64,000 nt of DNA from the human T2T-CHM13v2.0 reference genome, Homo sapiens. The DNA is taken from assembly GCF_009914755.1 (NCBI RefSeq), contig NC_060933.1. One strand, given 5' to 3'. The position numbers were made by a program, and so were the translations under genes. Shown one piece after another: positions 1 through 13,368 of this stretch (the first letter of the stretch is position 1; every line of letters begins with the position of its first letter). The notes under the pieces were generated by a model, which saw nothing but the letters and a program-made list of their open reading frames with translations, had not been told where the DNA came from and did no database searches.

Positions 1-98
1 GAAGATGCCAAGTGAGACAGGTAGACTGGGAATGTTTATTTCTATACCATAAAATATTTATTTTTATACCTAAAACCACCTGTGTGAAACAGCACTTT

Positions 99-390
99 GG
101 CATATGGCTTAGTGATCATATGGCTTTATGGCCAGATAGCTCAGTGGTTGCATAGCCCAGTGGTCATAAGCCTCAGGGGTCATATGTCTCCATGGTCACG
201 TAACTCAGTAGTGGGCTCAGTGATCGTATAGCTCAGTAGCTATAGAGGTCTATGAACAGATAGCTCAGTTGTGATATATATAGGCCAGTGGTCACATAGC
301 TCCTTGGTCATATAACTCAGAAGTCATATATCTCAATGACCTTAATGGTTATATAGCTTAATTGTTCAGAGTCAGAGGACATATAATCAG
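99..390. repeat. Degenerate 16-bp minisatellite, consensus ~CATATAGCTCAGTGGT
   Basis: Recurring variants: agatagctcagtggtt, catagcccagtggtca, cgtatagctcagtagc, catagctccttggtca, tataactcagaagtca. Confidence 0.85.
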
Positions 391-444
391 GTCTTTTCCC
401 CAAACTTCACTCTATCCTCTCCCAGATGTCAGTTTTTTAGCACA

Positions 445-632
445 CCACTAAACCTTCCTAAGCTGCAGTTTCCTCATCTGCAAAATGGAGATTAAAAAAA
501 ATTAAAATCTCCCCGGATTATTTTCATGGCAAAATGAAATCGGATCTGTAAACCATGCAGCACAATGTCTGGCACTTAAAAAGCATTGATTGTGCATCAT
601 TATCATCATTGTTATTATTACTCTTATTATTA
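445..632 (+). mobile_element. MIR SINE fragment
   Basis: MIR core cagtttcctcatctgcaaaatggagat followed by gcacaatgtctggcac and an (att)n-like tail. Confidence 0.8.
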
Positions 633-1065
633 TTGTGTCCCTAAAGAGAAAGAAGAAAGTCTTTTGGGTTGAACACAGAATTGTCAACAGCAGAAAAGGC
701 AATTTACTGATAACTGATACTTGATTTGGAGATAGGAAAGCTTTTACTCAATTTTCTGCAAGAATAGATGAGTAAATGTTAACTCTGTCATGTCTTCCAT
801 GTCACACTGCAACCCCCAGAGGCAAGAACAACATCTCCAGCTTCCTGGGGAGAAGTTCATTGACTTGCCAGTTGAAGAACCCAAAGCCTCCTAGATTATT
901 CTCCTCTCATTCTCTTTCACCAGCCCTGAGTCATTTAATCTCCTCATTCCACCTTCATTGCTATGTGCAGTATTTTTTGTAGGCAATTACCACCCCACTT
1001 GATCATTTTAAAGAAGGGAATTTCTAAATCCTTTTGCAGCTTAGAGAAGCATGTTCTTTCATTTG

Positions 1066-1066
<1 letters not shown>

Positions 1067-1113
<47 letters not shown>
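1067..1113. repeat. (CA)n microsatellite
   Basis: Directly visible dinucleotide run. Confidence 0.95.
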
Positions 1114-1116
<3 letters not shown>

Positions 1117-2163
1117 CCCTTTACTGCTAGGTATTATAATTTCCAATTTCAAATGCTTCTTATGAACACAAGAATTCCCAGCTATTGTGGGATGAAGAAC
1201 TATGTCTTCCTCTCTGAGTCCCTTCGTCAGAGCCTCCCTGCCCTCCTGTCAGCCTGAGCCAGCCAGCAGCTCAGAATATGGTTGAAATAAATTTATACAG
1301 ACATTGACACTTCATTATTGTCTTGTGGGTATTAGTAAAAGAGAGTATCAAGAGTAAGGAACTTAGGTATAATCCTGATTTCATCACAGTTTAGGTGACT
1401 GAGTTGTCAGCAAATTATTCCATGTCCCCATAACTTGATTTACATGTTTGTTAAATGAAAATATAATACCTAGTTCATTGACCTGTGGTAAGATTACAGA
1501 AATAAAAATATTTGGTAAAATATAAGACATTCCTCAAAAATATTTTAATTGTTAGACATGATAGTACAGAGAAAGAAAGGTAATGCAAAATTAATATGAA
1601 TTTAGGACCCATTGAGTGATGGGTACTCTAACTGCTAAAATGTTACTTTTTTGATGTATGTATCAAGAAATTACCTTGTATCTACATTTATTTTTGTTCA
1701 AGAATTCTTTCTCTCTTCCTCTGGTGTGGAAGATGATGGCCAATGCTCTGTCTATATTCCCCTTCTCTCCTTACATCCTTTCTCCTGTCAAGCTCAGCTC
1801 TTCGCATTATTACTACTGTCAGCTTCAGACAAATATCTCACAAATTTACCCTGAAGCCTAGGGAGTCAGGAGACCACCAAGGAGCAGCACCAAGCAGAAG
1901 ATTATCACATCATGGAGAAGCCCCAAGTGGTACCACTTCACCTAGATGGTGAGCTCCCTGGAGGTCAGTGCCATGAAGGACTCATGGGGAGATTTGGACC
2001 ATTAAGAATGGGTAGAATTTAAATGGGTAAATATTAAAAAAGAGAAGGCTATCCAGAACATGGAAAGGTGTGATCCAGCATTGTAGGAATGTATAACAAG
2101 GGCATCTGGAGCATATGCATGAAGACTTTGGTTCATTTATTCATTCAACCATTTATCAAGTGC

Positions 2164-2825
2164 TGTATTACTTTTCTATGGTTGCGTACCAATTTACCAC
2201 AAAGGTAGTAGCTTGAAAAAACACATACATATAATCTCACACTTTCCATGAGTTAGGAGTCGAGTCATGGCTTAGCTTGCTTCTCTGCTTGGGGTTTCAT
2301 GAGGATGCTACTGGGCTACATTCCTATCTGGAGTCTCAACTGGAGGAGAACCCACTTCCAAGCTCATTCAGATTACTGGAAGAATTCATTACTTGCAGCT
2401 TTGTGACTGAAGTCCCATTTTCTTGCTGGCTGCCAGCTGGAGACCCCTATCAGGTCCTAGAGGCCACTGTCATATTCCTGCCACATGGCCGTCTTCAACA
2501 GGCCCTCTCACAACATGAAGGCTTCTTTTTTCAAGGCCATCAGGAAAATCTCTCTCCCTCCAGGAGGACTCAGTCCCTCTTTTAAGGGTTTTAATCTGAT
2601 TGGGTTAGACCCACCCTGGATAAGTTTCTCAAAGCCAAGTAATTAGGGAATTTAACTACATCTGCAAAAATCTCTTCACCTTTACCAAATAATGTAACCT
2701 ACTCCCAAGATTGGCATCCATCATATTAACAGATCCTTCCCACACTCGAAGGCAGGAGATTATATAGAGTATGTACACTATGGAGTGGGATTCTTGAGGG
2801 TCTTCCTATAATTCTGCCTACCACA
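2164..2825 (-). mobile_element. MaLR solo LTR (MLT1 family) inserted into an L2 3' end
   Basis: Termini tgtatta...attctgcctaccaca (reverse of the MLT1 start TGTGGTAGGCAGAAT); the L2 tail cattcaaccatttatcaagtgc resumes after it as agcatctattatctgccaagc. Confidence 0.8.
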
Positions 2826-3403
2826 AGCATCTATTATCTGCCAAGCAAATAATTGACAGAAATAATTTGAACAATAATCTGATGTGTTGTCTTCAAAAAG
2901 TTATAAATTGGATGATAAGCACAACAAGATTATAGGGCTAGATGAATAGGATTAAATGGGGGAAAAATACATGTAAAGTGTTTATCTCAGTGCCTGAAAA
3001 ATGAAAATTAGTGTTCCAAAAAGTTAGTTCTTATTATTAAATAATTAAAATACAGTCTACTAAGAGGTGTATTAAAGTTCTGGGCAAGACATATATTGAA
3101 TGGGGGAAATGCTCAGTTGTTTGGGAGATTAGAAAAGCCTTAAAAAATAGAAGCTATTGGATCTCAGTCTTCTCACATATTTTACCAGATTGGCCTTATT
3201 AGCCCATTTTTTAAAATGTTTGGAAACTGAGACTCAGTTAAGGAACTTACCCAAGGTCACTCAACTAGTAAAAGATGAAGGGATGAAATGCACGTTTCAC
3301 ACCGGCATCTTTTGGTGTGGGAACGCTTGTCCCTCATGGTATGTGTGTGTGTCTACAGCAACAAGGAGTCCATGTTAGCCATAGGGAGACATGTGTGGGG
3401 GTA

Positions 3404-3506
3404 AATACCCATATATCTGCCCTATCCATCGATGCTGAGTAAGAATGGAGCCCAGCATTATCAACCATCCTGATTATTCAAAAGAAACTTGAGAAACAAA
3501 TTTTGT
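3404..3506 (+). repeat. Local direct copy of 5194-5296
   Basis: Ungapped alignment at offset 1790, 9 mismatches in 103 bp. Confidence 0.9.
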
Positions 3507-3521
3507 TTCTCAAAATTTGTT

Positions 3522-3594
3522 GGTGGGTTGATCACTTGAGGTCAGGAGTTCGAGATCAGCCTGACCAACATGGAGAAACCCTGTCTCTACCAAA
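3522..3594 (+). mobile_element. Isolated internal Alu left-arm fragment, nearly identical to 4664-4736
   Basis: 3 mismatches in 73 bp; no Alu head, tail or TSD. Confidence 0.9.
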
Positions 3595-4608
3595 CAAGCT
3601 TATGTAGATAACATGGGTTTATGTCACTAAAAATCAGGAAAGGGGATTTAAAATTAGATAAAACAAAACAAAAAAGTAGGTACATTTGGTAAGAGAATTG
3701 CCTAATACCTAATCAGAATATTATATTAGGAAAATTGTCCTGGTCCTGGTGGGCAAGATGCATTACAAGGGAGCAAGGAAGTACCTAGGTGGATAGTTGA
3801 TCCAAGGAAGCTGCATTTGTACTTCAGATGTGCAGCTGGATCAGTGGAGAACATTGGCAGAAGTGCTGGAAATGGGAATGAACAAGTAAGTAGGAGTTGG
3901 ATAAAAGGCCTGGCAGTGTTGAACCCCTCCTCAGGACTCCCCCACCCTTTCCCCGAAAACCCTCTTCCATCTTCCCTCCCCTACTCACGTGCCATGCCTC
4001 AGTCAACCTGCACCACCCAAGTGTTGGCAATGCACTCCAGGCTAACCTTTTCAATGCCTGTTTGCTTGGTGTTTTCATCCCTGGGAATAGCCTTCCTCTT
4101 ATTCTCCTCTGACAAAATCCTCATCTTCTGTCAATGCTCATATTAAGTACCACCTATTTCAAAGAATGGTCTATAATCTTTCCTGGCTTCCCAAATTGGT
4201 GTGATCTCTAGTTTCTCCAAACACTCAGATTGTACCTAAAAATTCACACCATACCACTTAGCACTTTGATACATGCTTTTATGGGGTTCTCTAATTGATT
4301 TTAACTCAGTACAAGGAAGGCCTTTCCAACAATTAGAGCTCTCTGACTGCCTATGAGGGAGGAGCTGCCTGTGAAGGCAGTGAACTGATCCTCACTAAGT
4401 TTGCATGCAGTTTCAGTCATTGTCAGGAAATTGAAATGAATCCCCAAACCTCTGTAAAGATTTTAACATCTAATAGGAATGTGGGTCTGGAAAAATCTCT
4501 GAAGTCCTGTATCACTCAGAAATTCTGGATTATATATAGCAAGGTAGCATTTATTCTATAAACATCTTCTGAGCACCTACTTTGGGCTCCAATCATAAAC
4601 ACAAACTC

Positions 4609-5442
<834 letters not shown>

Positions 5443-6978
5443 CACTAAATACTGTACAGGATGCTTGGGGTAAGAAAGATAAAGCTGACCTTGAGAAACC
5501 CTACACTCTTATGGGGAGACAGGCATTTGAACACCTAATTCCATTATAAAGTACATTTAGCATATTTCAGGGTTGTCTTCAACAGTAAATGAGGCTATTT
5601 CATGGCAAAACAAAGAAAGACAGAAAGACTAGTGTGAAATCAATGTAAAAATATACACTCAATGTGTGTGGGAGTACAAAGGAAGAGATGGAAAACCTAG
5701 TAAGGAGTTCAGGACAGTAATAAAGCATGAAAATAACAAGTCAAACTGATATTCGAAGAATAGAAAAGAAAGGTAGTGACTTTCCAGAAAAGGTGAACAC
5801 AGACCTAAGTCTATATTCAAAAATATATTGAATTGCTCCCTAGGGCAACTAGATAGAGGAGTAGTTTTTGTTTGAGGAGAATTATGATTCATTCAGTTTG
5901 GAACAAGTCCCACTGGATATGGCTATAAAACATCCAGAAAGCAATGTGTAATTGACCAATTTCATCATGGAGTTGGAAGATTGGAAGAAAAATGATTACA
6001 AGAGATGAAGATTTGGGGGTCATCTACAGAGGTATAAGGTTTCAAGTTATGGATGTGAATGAACTCAACAAATGGGAGAGTACATGGTGAGAATAATAGA
6101 GAATGGGGGCTCATATATTAGAAGATAAGGAACAGATAGGGAGTAAGAAAGTCCAACAAAGTTAACTAAAGAGAATATTTTGAAAGCAGGGGAAGACCTG
6201 AGTCCTTGAAGCCAAGGTATGTATGTTTGTTGAGAAGTCATTCTCCTTCCATTCCTTTACATGTAGGTCATCCTCAAGGTACCAATACCAGGGGGAAAAA
6301 AATGTAATCTCTAAAACCAGCACAACAGGGCTGATTTCCAACCTGGGCAGGAATTCCTACTAGTGAAGTGCTGATAGTAAGTCTTGAAGAGAATGTTGTT
6401 GGGTGGTAGACTGAGCCTTTCATTTTGGATTGTCACCAGGAGAATATTCTTTCCATGGCTGAGAGAAAGAAGGCTTCTTTTCACTGGAGAAGAAACAGAT
6501 TTTTGCAGTGACTCTGCAAAGACAACATAGGTCACGAGGAAGGGATTCATTATTTTCAACTGCAGTCTTTCCATAGTTCTGATACAAATGTTATTCTGCA
6601 CCCAGAAACACTCAAACTAACTTCAAGGCGGTTGAACACATACATGTTCTTAGGTTGCAATTATTCATCACAGTCCACTTTATTTTTCTTAAGAAAACTA
6701 AATAAAGATTGGCTGGGAAAAGAAGGAAAATGAAGCAGGCCAAATGAGGAGTTTAGTGGACTTGAGATGTGAATTTTTAGAAAGTCCCTTCTCCCCATTA
6801 ATCCTTCCTTTTTGTCCTTTATCCATTATGTGGGATTAGTTCTTTGTAAATTTGGATTTGTCCAGATGAATTAAATTCTTGGCAACTGCTGTTCCTGCTG
6901 ACTGGGTGCTTCTTTGTGCTCTTTGTAAGATCTATAACTCATTGCACCTGTTGCATCTGAATAGTCCTCCGCAGCCAG

Positions 6979-6980
<2 letters not shown>

Positions 6981-7038
<58 letters not shown>
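6981..7038. repeat. (GT)29 microsatellite
   Basis: Perfect 58-nt run. Confidence 0.97.
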
Positions 7039-7039
<1 letters not shown>

Positions 7040-7046
7040 CTTTAAG

Positions 7047-7091
7047 GCATTCTACGATGTTCAGTATAAGAGGAAAAACTCCAGGATGATG
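7047..7091 (+). other. Candidate 45-nt (cryptic) exon
   Basis: Acceptor (tg)n-ttctttaag|g and donor atg|gtaagt. Confidence 0.3.
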
Positions 7092-8064
7092 GTAAGTGTT
7101 TTTAAACAGTGGACTGACTTACAGAGGCAAGTTGTAGAACTCTTTTTCATGGGAGATCTTTTAAGAAAAGCACGAGAGAAAGCTCTAAGAAGCGCAGTGT
7201 GCATCGGGACCCATTTTGGGCGGGAGGCTAGAAAGATGAGTTCTGAAGACCTTTCCAGCTCTTGGGGGCTGCTATATGTTTTCATCAGGGATCAAGAAAG
7301 GAATTTAGTGATCCTCCAGTCATTTGAACACATAATTCCATTAGAATGTATATTTAACATAGTTCAGAGTTGTCTTCTAACGGGTTAATTCTAGGTCCAA
7401 AAGATTTAATAGTAAGTTACCCAAAGTAATACAGTTAGTTAGTTCAAGATGGGGAACTAGAATCCACAGTTTCTTATGTCACCCATCCCCAAACACACAC
7501 AGTTTCACATTATATCCCTTTTTGTTCTTTCAGATACGTATTAACCAGCTGGTTTGCCAGGCCTTTTTAGGGAGCTCTATATTTTCATCAAGTTTCACAT
7601 ATCTAAGAAATAACATCAGAATTTATGTCAGGAGGATGTTGTATTTTTTCAATGAAATAGATTTTTTAATGGAAAAAAGAGAAAGTGGCCTAGTATATAT
7701 CTTAGCAGCTGAATAAACAGGTCTACAGAACAAGCATTTTTGGCTTTATATGTTATATATTATTTATAATACAATCATTCAATTTATTAAAGATTGGGCC
7801 ATTAGTTTCATAATATAATACATTCACTCATCTTATTTCCCATCCAGAGCTCTTTCTGAGTTGGAAGTTGGCCAAATGGAGTATAGGCATCTCTCCCAGA
7901 GGTTCTATTAGGTTTCCTTCTTTCTTGTTTTCCCCATTGCTACCCACCACCACCACCACCAGAGATGAGCCTTTTCCCAAGCATCCTTGAATCCACCTAC
8001 AAGGCATTCAGCTATTAACTGGGACTTCAAAAAAGTGGAACAAGTTTAGCCCTGAGGGTGAGAA

Positions 8065-8327
8065 TACACACACACACACACACACACACATACACACACA
8101 CACACACATATATGTATATAAATTGACATAGGGATTGGTCCATTTATATATTATAATTATACATGTCATTGGAAATAATATCTATTATATATGGCTGCAA
8201 ATAGACATATATATTACTCCATTTATATATATATATAAGTCCATTTGCAGCAACATATAATATATATTATATATGTCATTGAAAACAATTTTGTATATAT
8301 GTGTGTGTACATATATGTGTGTGTGTA

Positions 8328-8369
<42 letters not shown>

Positions 8370-8390
8370 TATAAATATGTCATTGGAAAC
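8065..8390. repeat. Compound (CA)n/(TA)n/(TG)n low-complexity region with an internal inverted repeat
   Basis: Visible runs; three copies of atgtcatt(g/ga)aaa; inverted arms gctgcaaatagac / gtccatttgcagc. Confidence 0.85.
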
Positions 8391-8482
8391 ATCAACATAG
8401 AGCTGGACATTGAAATCCCCAGAAATTTGTCAGTTAAGAGGCTTAGATATGTAAATACTTCATGATCCCAATCAGTCTTCCA

Positions 8483-8853
8483 TGACTTGCTCTGTTTGAG
8501 CTGCTATAAAAAGAAAATCTTGGACTGGGTAATTAATAAACAGCATACATGTATTGCTTACAGTTCTGGAAACTGGGATGTCTAAGATCAAAGTGCCCAC
8601 AGATTCAGTGCCTGGTGAGGGCTTGCTCTCTCTCTTCTTCAAAGATGGTGCCTTCTAGCTGTGTCCTCGCATAGTAGAAAGGGAGAACAAGCTTCCTCAG
8701 TCCTCTTTCATAAGGGTACTAATCCCAATCATGAAGGCTCTGCCTTTGTGACCTAATTACTTCCCAGAAGGCCCTGGCTCTTAACACTATCGCATTGGAG
8801 ATTAGGTATCAACAACTGAATTTTGGAGGGACACAAACATTCAGACCAAAGCG
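8483..8853 (-). mobile_element. MaLR solo LTR (MST/MLT1A-like)
   Basis: acagttctggaaactggga..tctaagatcaa, tggtgagggc, aagatggtgccttc; ends gggacacaaacattcagaccaaagc. Confidence 0.85.
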
Positions 8854-11800
8854 CTTGCTAAGGGATTATTTTCATCTGGGATGATTCCGACATGGCAATT
8901 GGAACACATTAATCTGAAAAGCCATTTCCCATGAACTATCACACCACTTCAGAAACAGAAAAGCTTCTTGAGAGATTGAGAACACAGACAAAAAGCTTTG
9001 ATATGCGAGGAAAAGTAAGAAGGGTTGAGCATCATCTGAAGCTAGAACAACTCTGAGATGTGCAAATAGACAAAGAACAAGAGAAAGGATTTACCAAAGA
9101 CAGACTTTAGCCACTTCACCACTAGGTACAGAGCTGTCTCTCTCTAGATGCTACTGGCATGTGTCATTAGAGTGGTTCAGCATGAATGTGTTCATCCATA
9201 GTAACCTGGGGGGAATGGGGTCAATCTCCCATTCCAGGATACTGTTTCAATTTTTGTTTTTTGGTTGATAACCTTTTTTTTTTTTTTTTTTTTTGGAAAC
9301 TGGGAAAATGTAGACGTTTGCTCTGCTAAAAGTGGAAATTTAACATAAACTTAACTTCTGACTTCAAAGATTGCTGTATGCCAAGTCTCATTGTATCTCC
9401 ATCGTTAACAGTAATCCAGGAGGAGAAAGTCATTAAACATTTTATGGTTTCCAATTGCCGTCAAGATACTAACAACTGACATTGATTGAGGACTTACTAT
9501 GTAACAGGCTCTTTTATTGACACTACATATACTACACACACACATAAAGGGGCATATATATATATACACATATATACACAAATACTGTACACTATACACT
9601 TAAACACACTATGTATACTAATGTATGATACCACTATATACTACTATTACATATAAATATATAAATACATATAATCAACCCCAGAGGGTAGGAACACTTT
9701 ACAAATAAAGAAACCAAGATACATATAGTTTACATTAATCTACATAACTAGTGAGTGATGACGCTGGAGTTAAAACTAGGCAGTCTAATCCTGGAGCCCA
9801 TATGGGTTCGTGGCACATTTGTGGCATCCACACTGTGCTGAGCATTGTGCCACATGTGAAGGTTCAGAGATGAATAAGGCATGCCGCTATTCCTAAGTTC
9901 ACAGTTGATGGAGGAGATAGGCACATTATTACAGTAAGGTGCAACAGTGCTGGCTGAGCTGGGTCTTGATGATTAGGATTATACATCTTGGAACACATCA
10001 GAACAAAGTATTCCACCCCCAGGTGCAGTATGTACAAAGGTAAGAAACAGCTGTAACAGTCATGGAGTTTTAATCGGGATGAGCCCCTGCAGAGAATCTG
10101 CAGAATCTGGGGGAAGAGAGAGCAACATGAAGCCAGAAGAATTGACAGAGACAATGCAGTGAAGAGCCTTGAATGCTAGTTTGTACTTTTATCCTATGAG
10201 AAATGCAGAGTTGGTGAAGGTTTGTAAGCTGGAGATGGAGATGATGGGATGTGTTGCAGAAGTATCACCGTGATAATCTTGCAGAGGCTGGACTGCAGAA
10301 GGAGAGAATGTAGGATTGGGGACCAATTAGGACACTCTTACAAGAGCTCATGCCAGATAGACTCTGCTAGAAAATGCAAACCTTCCCATTTTCTTAAATG
10401 ATCACCTTACAACTTTCAATGATCTCCACTGCCCTTGGGATAAAATGCAAATCCTGTGATCTTGAATGACTGGACAAATATATTAAAGTCATTAAGTCTC
10501 ACCATTCCCACTTCCTACCCTGCATTTCAACCACACAGAGGGACGCAATTGCAATTTGTTGGATTTGCCAATCTTATTTCCTTCCCTACTTTGTGTGTTT
10601 CCTCAACTGATTTCAGGGCATCCTGAGAGAGGGAGACCTTTATGCCCATTGTACAGATGAGGAAAATGTAGTGCAGAGAGTACAGTAACTTAGCCCAAGT
10701 CATATCACTTAGTAGAGGTGGTGGAGATAAGATGGGAATTCAGGAGCTCTGAACCATTCAAGAGTATTGCAATGGAAGTCACAAAAATCTGTTTAAGTCC
10801 CATTGGCACCACTTCACTTCTTTTAGAAAATGACTTCACTTCCCTGCACCTCAGACTCCTCATCTGTATAATAGGTCTGTTAAGTCCTACATCCCAGGTT
10901 GTTAGAAAGATACCATGGGATGTCAAATATAAAAGCATCCTGTACTCTTTACTGTAAAGAAATATTGCTCAACTCACTCTGCCTTCAACCTATTCATCTA
11001 AATAAAAAATAAGTGTAGATGGATAGTTAAAAATAACTAATCCTAATCTTTTTAGCTAAAAATGTCAACCTTCCACAACACAGCAATGTAATTTTTAAAA
11101 ATTCAATGGAACCATTTCTCATCTGTCTTCTAAACCCATTTCCACCCCTCTTCTGGGCAAATATAAAATATTAGCAAATGACAAGACATGGACTTAAAAG
11201 ACTTCATTGTCAATTAAGTCACCTGAGAGTTACAATTAAGCTCTATTAAAATGCTGGTGAAAACTTCCTAGCTTTCATTTCTCCTCTGAACATAGACTGA
11301 CTGAAGAACATCAAGTCCCCCTAAGAATTACTATCTTAAACACAAAAGTTCAAAACACAGGAGGTCAGATCTAACACATATATAAGTCAGAAGATTATGT
11401 CTAAAGCCATGAGGGATTAAATATGGGGATTAAATACGTGGGTCCATGTTTGGTGGTAATGGTGGAGGGGAGTTGATTTCAGGACTTAACTTTGGCAAGG
11501 AGTTGTCCTTGATAAAGAACCAGCTCTCTTATGCTGACTGCCTAGAAAACATTACGCCATACCCAACACTTTAGCGTTCATCAGGTTCACTTAAAAAAAT
11601 TATTGCATTCTAGCTGGGCTCCCTGGTTCTGCATTTGGAAATTATCACATCTTCATTATCCAAATAAACACCTGCCACTACTCACCCTAGAGTATGAGAT
11701 GTAAAGTTGCCCACATGAGAAGCAGCTCCCACTTCTATTCCACGCCTGCAATTCAACATGTCTTCTCTTAGGATTTTTATTTGGGGCTATATTTAAATCA

Positions 11801-11954
11801 CTCATGTTTTCTCTATCCATGCACATTTCTCTGTCCTACATAAGCTGTAATTTAATTCAGACCATGCCAAATATACCCTCCAGGTTTGGTAAACATCTAT
11901 CTAGCTATTTGCTTGATGGGGCAACTTACAAGCAATAAATAATTTTATGTGTGT

Positions 11955-12700
11955 TAATTCAATAATTTATGCATTCATTAACTCATAAAACATTATTGAA
12001 CACCTATTCTGTGTCAGGCCCTATGCTAGGACTTGCGAGTGAATGTGATAGACATAGTCGCTGCTGTGAAAACGCTCACTCGCAGCCTCCTTGGTGATGC
12101 AGGCAGGCAAATAAATAACTCATCTCAATCCAATAGGAGAGCTGTAATGCAAGCGTGTGCAGAACACTGGAGAAACAGAGCAGAGAGGGTGATGGGTTTT
12201 GCCTGGAGAGGCATGATGAAGGGCTTCATAAAGAAGGTGATGGTTGAGCTGTGCTTAAGGGATGAGCAAAAGTTCCAGGGCTGTAGTATGGGAGACAGGC
12301 CTTTTAGGAAGAGGGAACACTGTGAAAAAGAGCACAGAGTCCTGAAGTGGCTTCTGTAGGTATGCGTGTCATGCATGGGTAGGCAAAAGCATTAGATTAC
12401 CAGGCAAAAGCCTGGTAAGGGAGGATGGGCTCAGATCATAAAAGGCCTTGAATGTCTTCCTAAGAAGTTTATTTTTGTCCAGTAAGCAATGGAACCATGG
12501 AAATATTTCCTTAAAAAATGATTCTGTCTGCAGGGTTGAAAAATGTCTCAGAAGAGAAGCAGTTACTGAAGATAAGACAATCAGCTAGACATTTACAAGG
12601 ATCCAGAAGCAAGGTGATAAGTCTGAACCAGAGAGATGGAAATGGATTCAAGAGACATTATTGGATAAGAGTTGACAACATTTGTTGACAGAATGGATAT
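11955..12700 (-). mobile_element. L2 LINE 3' fragment
   Basis: L2 tail cattattgaacacctattctgtgtcagg followed by purine-rich L2 body motifs (agatcataaaaggccttgaatg, agcaatggaacc). Confidence 0.7.
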
Positions 12701-12858
12701 ATACTTCTGTGCTTTCACCATACATGCTTTGGGTGTACAAAATGTGCATAAGCTCTCTAAATGCATGAGCAAGGACACATAATTCAATGAATAGATCACC
12801 AACGATTACAAATAAACAGCATTAAGGTGCTAGGGGAAGAAAAATCTCTTCTGGATTC

Positions 12859-13140
12859 TGAGTCAGCAGTGCATGGGCTGGGGTTCTAGCACCGCTGCTT
12901 AGTAACTCTGTGGACATCAGACAAGTCCCTTCTCCTCTCTGAGTCTCTCTTGTCTCTCAAATGGAGGGGCTGGCTGAGATGATTTAACTCCAAGGCCCCC
13001 TCCAGCTGTCACACTCTGTGAGTCAAACACTTGTGATAAGGGGCCATCAACGCTGGCCTTTCCCAAGCTGAGTCACCTCTGAAGCAGGGATTATTCTGGG
13101 GGCTGACCAAGAAATGTGCATCCAGTCACTGCAGTGACAT
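12859..13140. promoter_or_regulatory. Candidate enhancer with an AP-1/MARE motif cluster
   Basis: TGAGTCA at 12859 (TGAGTCAGCA, MARE/ARE type), 13019 and 13069; TGATAA at 13034; perfect palindrome gtcactgcagtgac at 13125-13138. Confidence 0.45.
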
Positions 13141-13368
13141 CCCCAGTTTTATTCTCCAGAGTTAGGGTCCAGTAGGTCTGATCTGAGGCTGGGGCAGCTC
13201 CTTGATTACTCGTTCTTCTCCAAGCTTCTGCACCTCAAGTGCTCACCCAGATGGGGGGCCATAAGACCCTGCCTGGGCTTCTACAGAAGAAAGAGCCCTC
13301 TCCCATAGGCATTCAGGTCTCTGGATTTCTCAGAGTCTGTTTTTCCTGTTTGTGTTAATTTTCACAGC

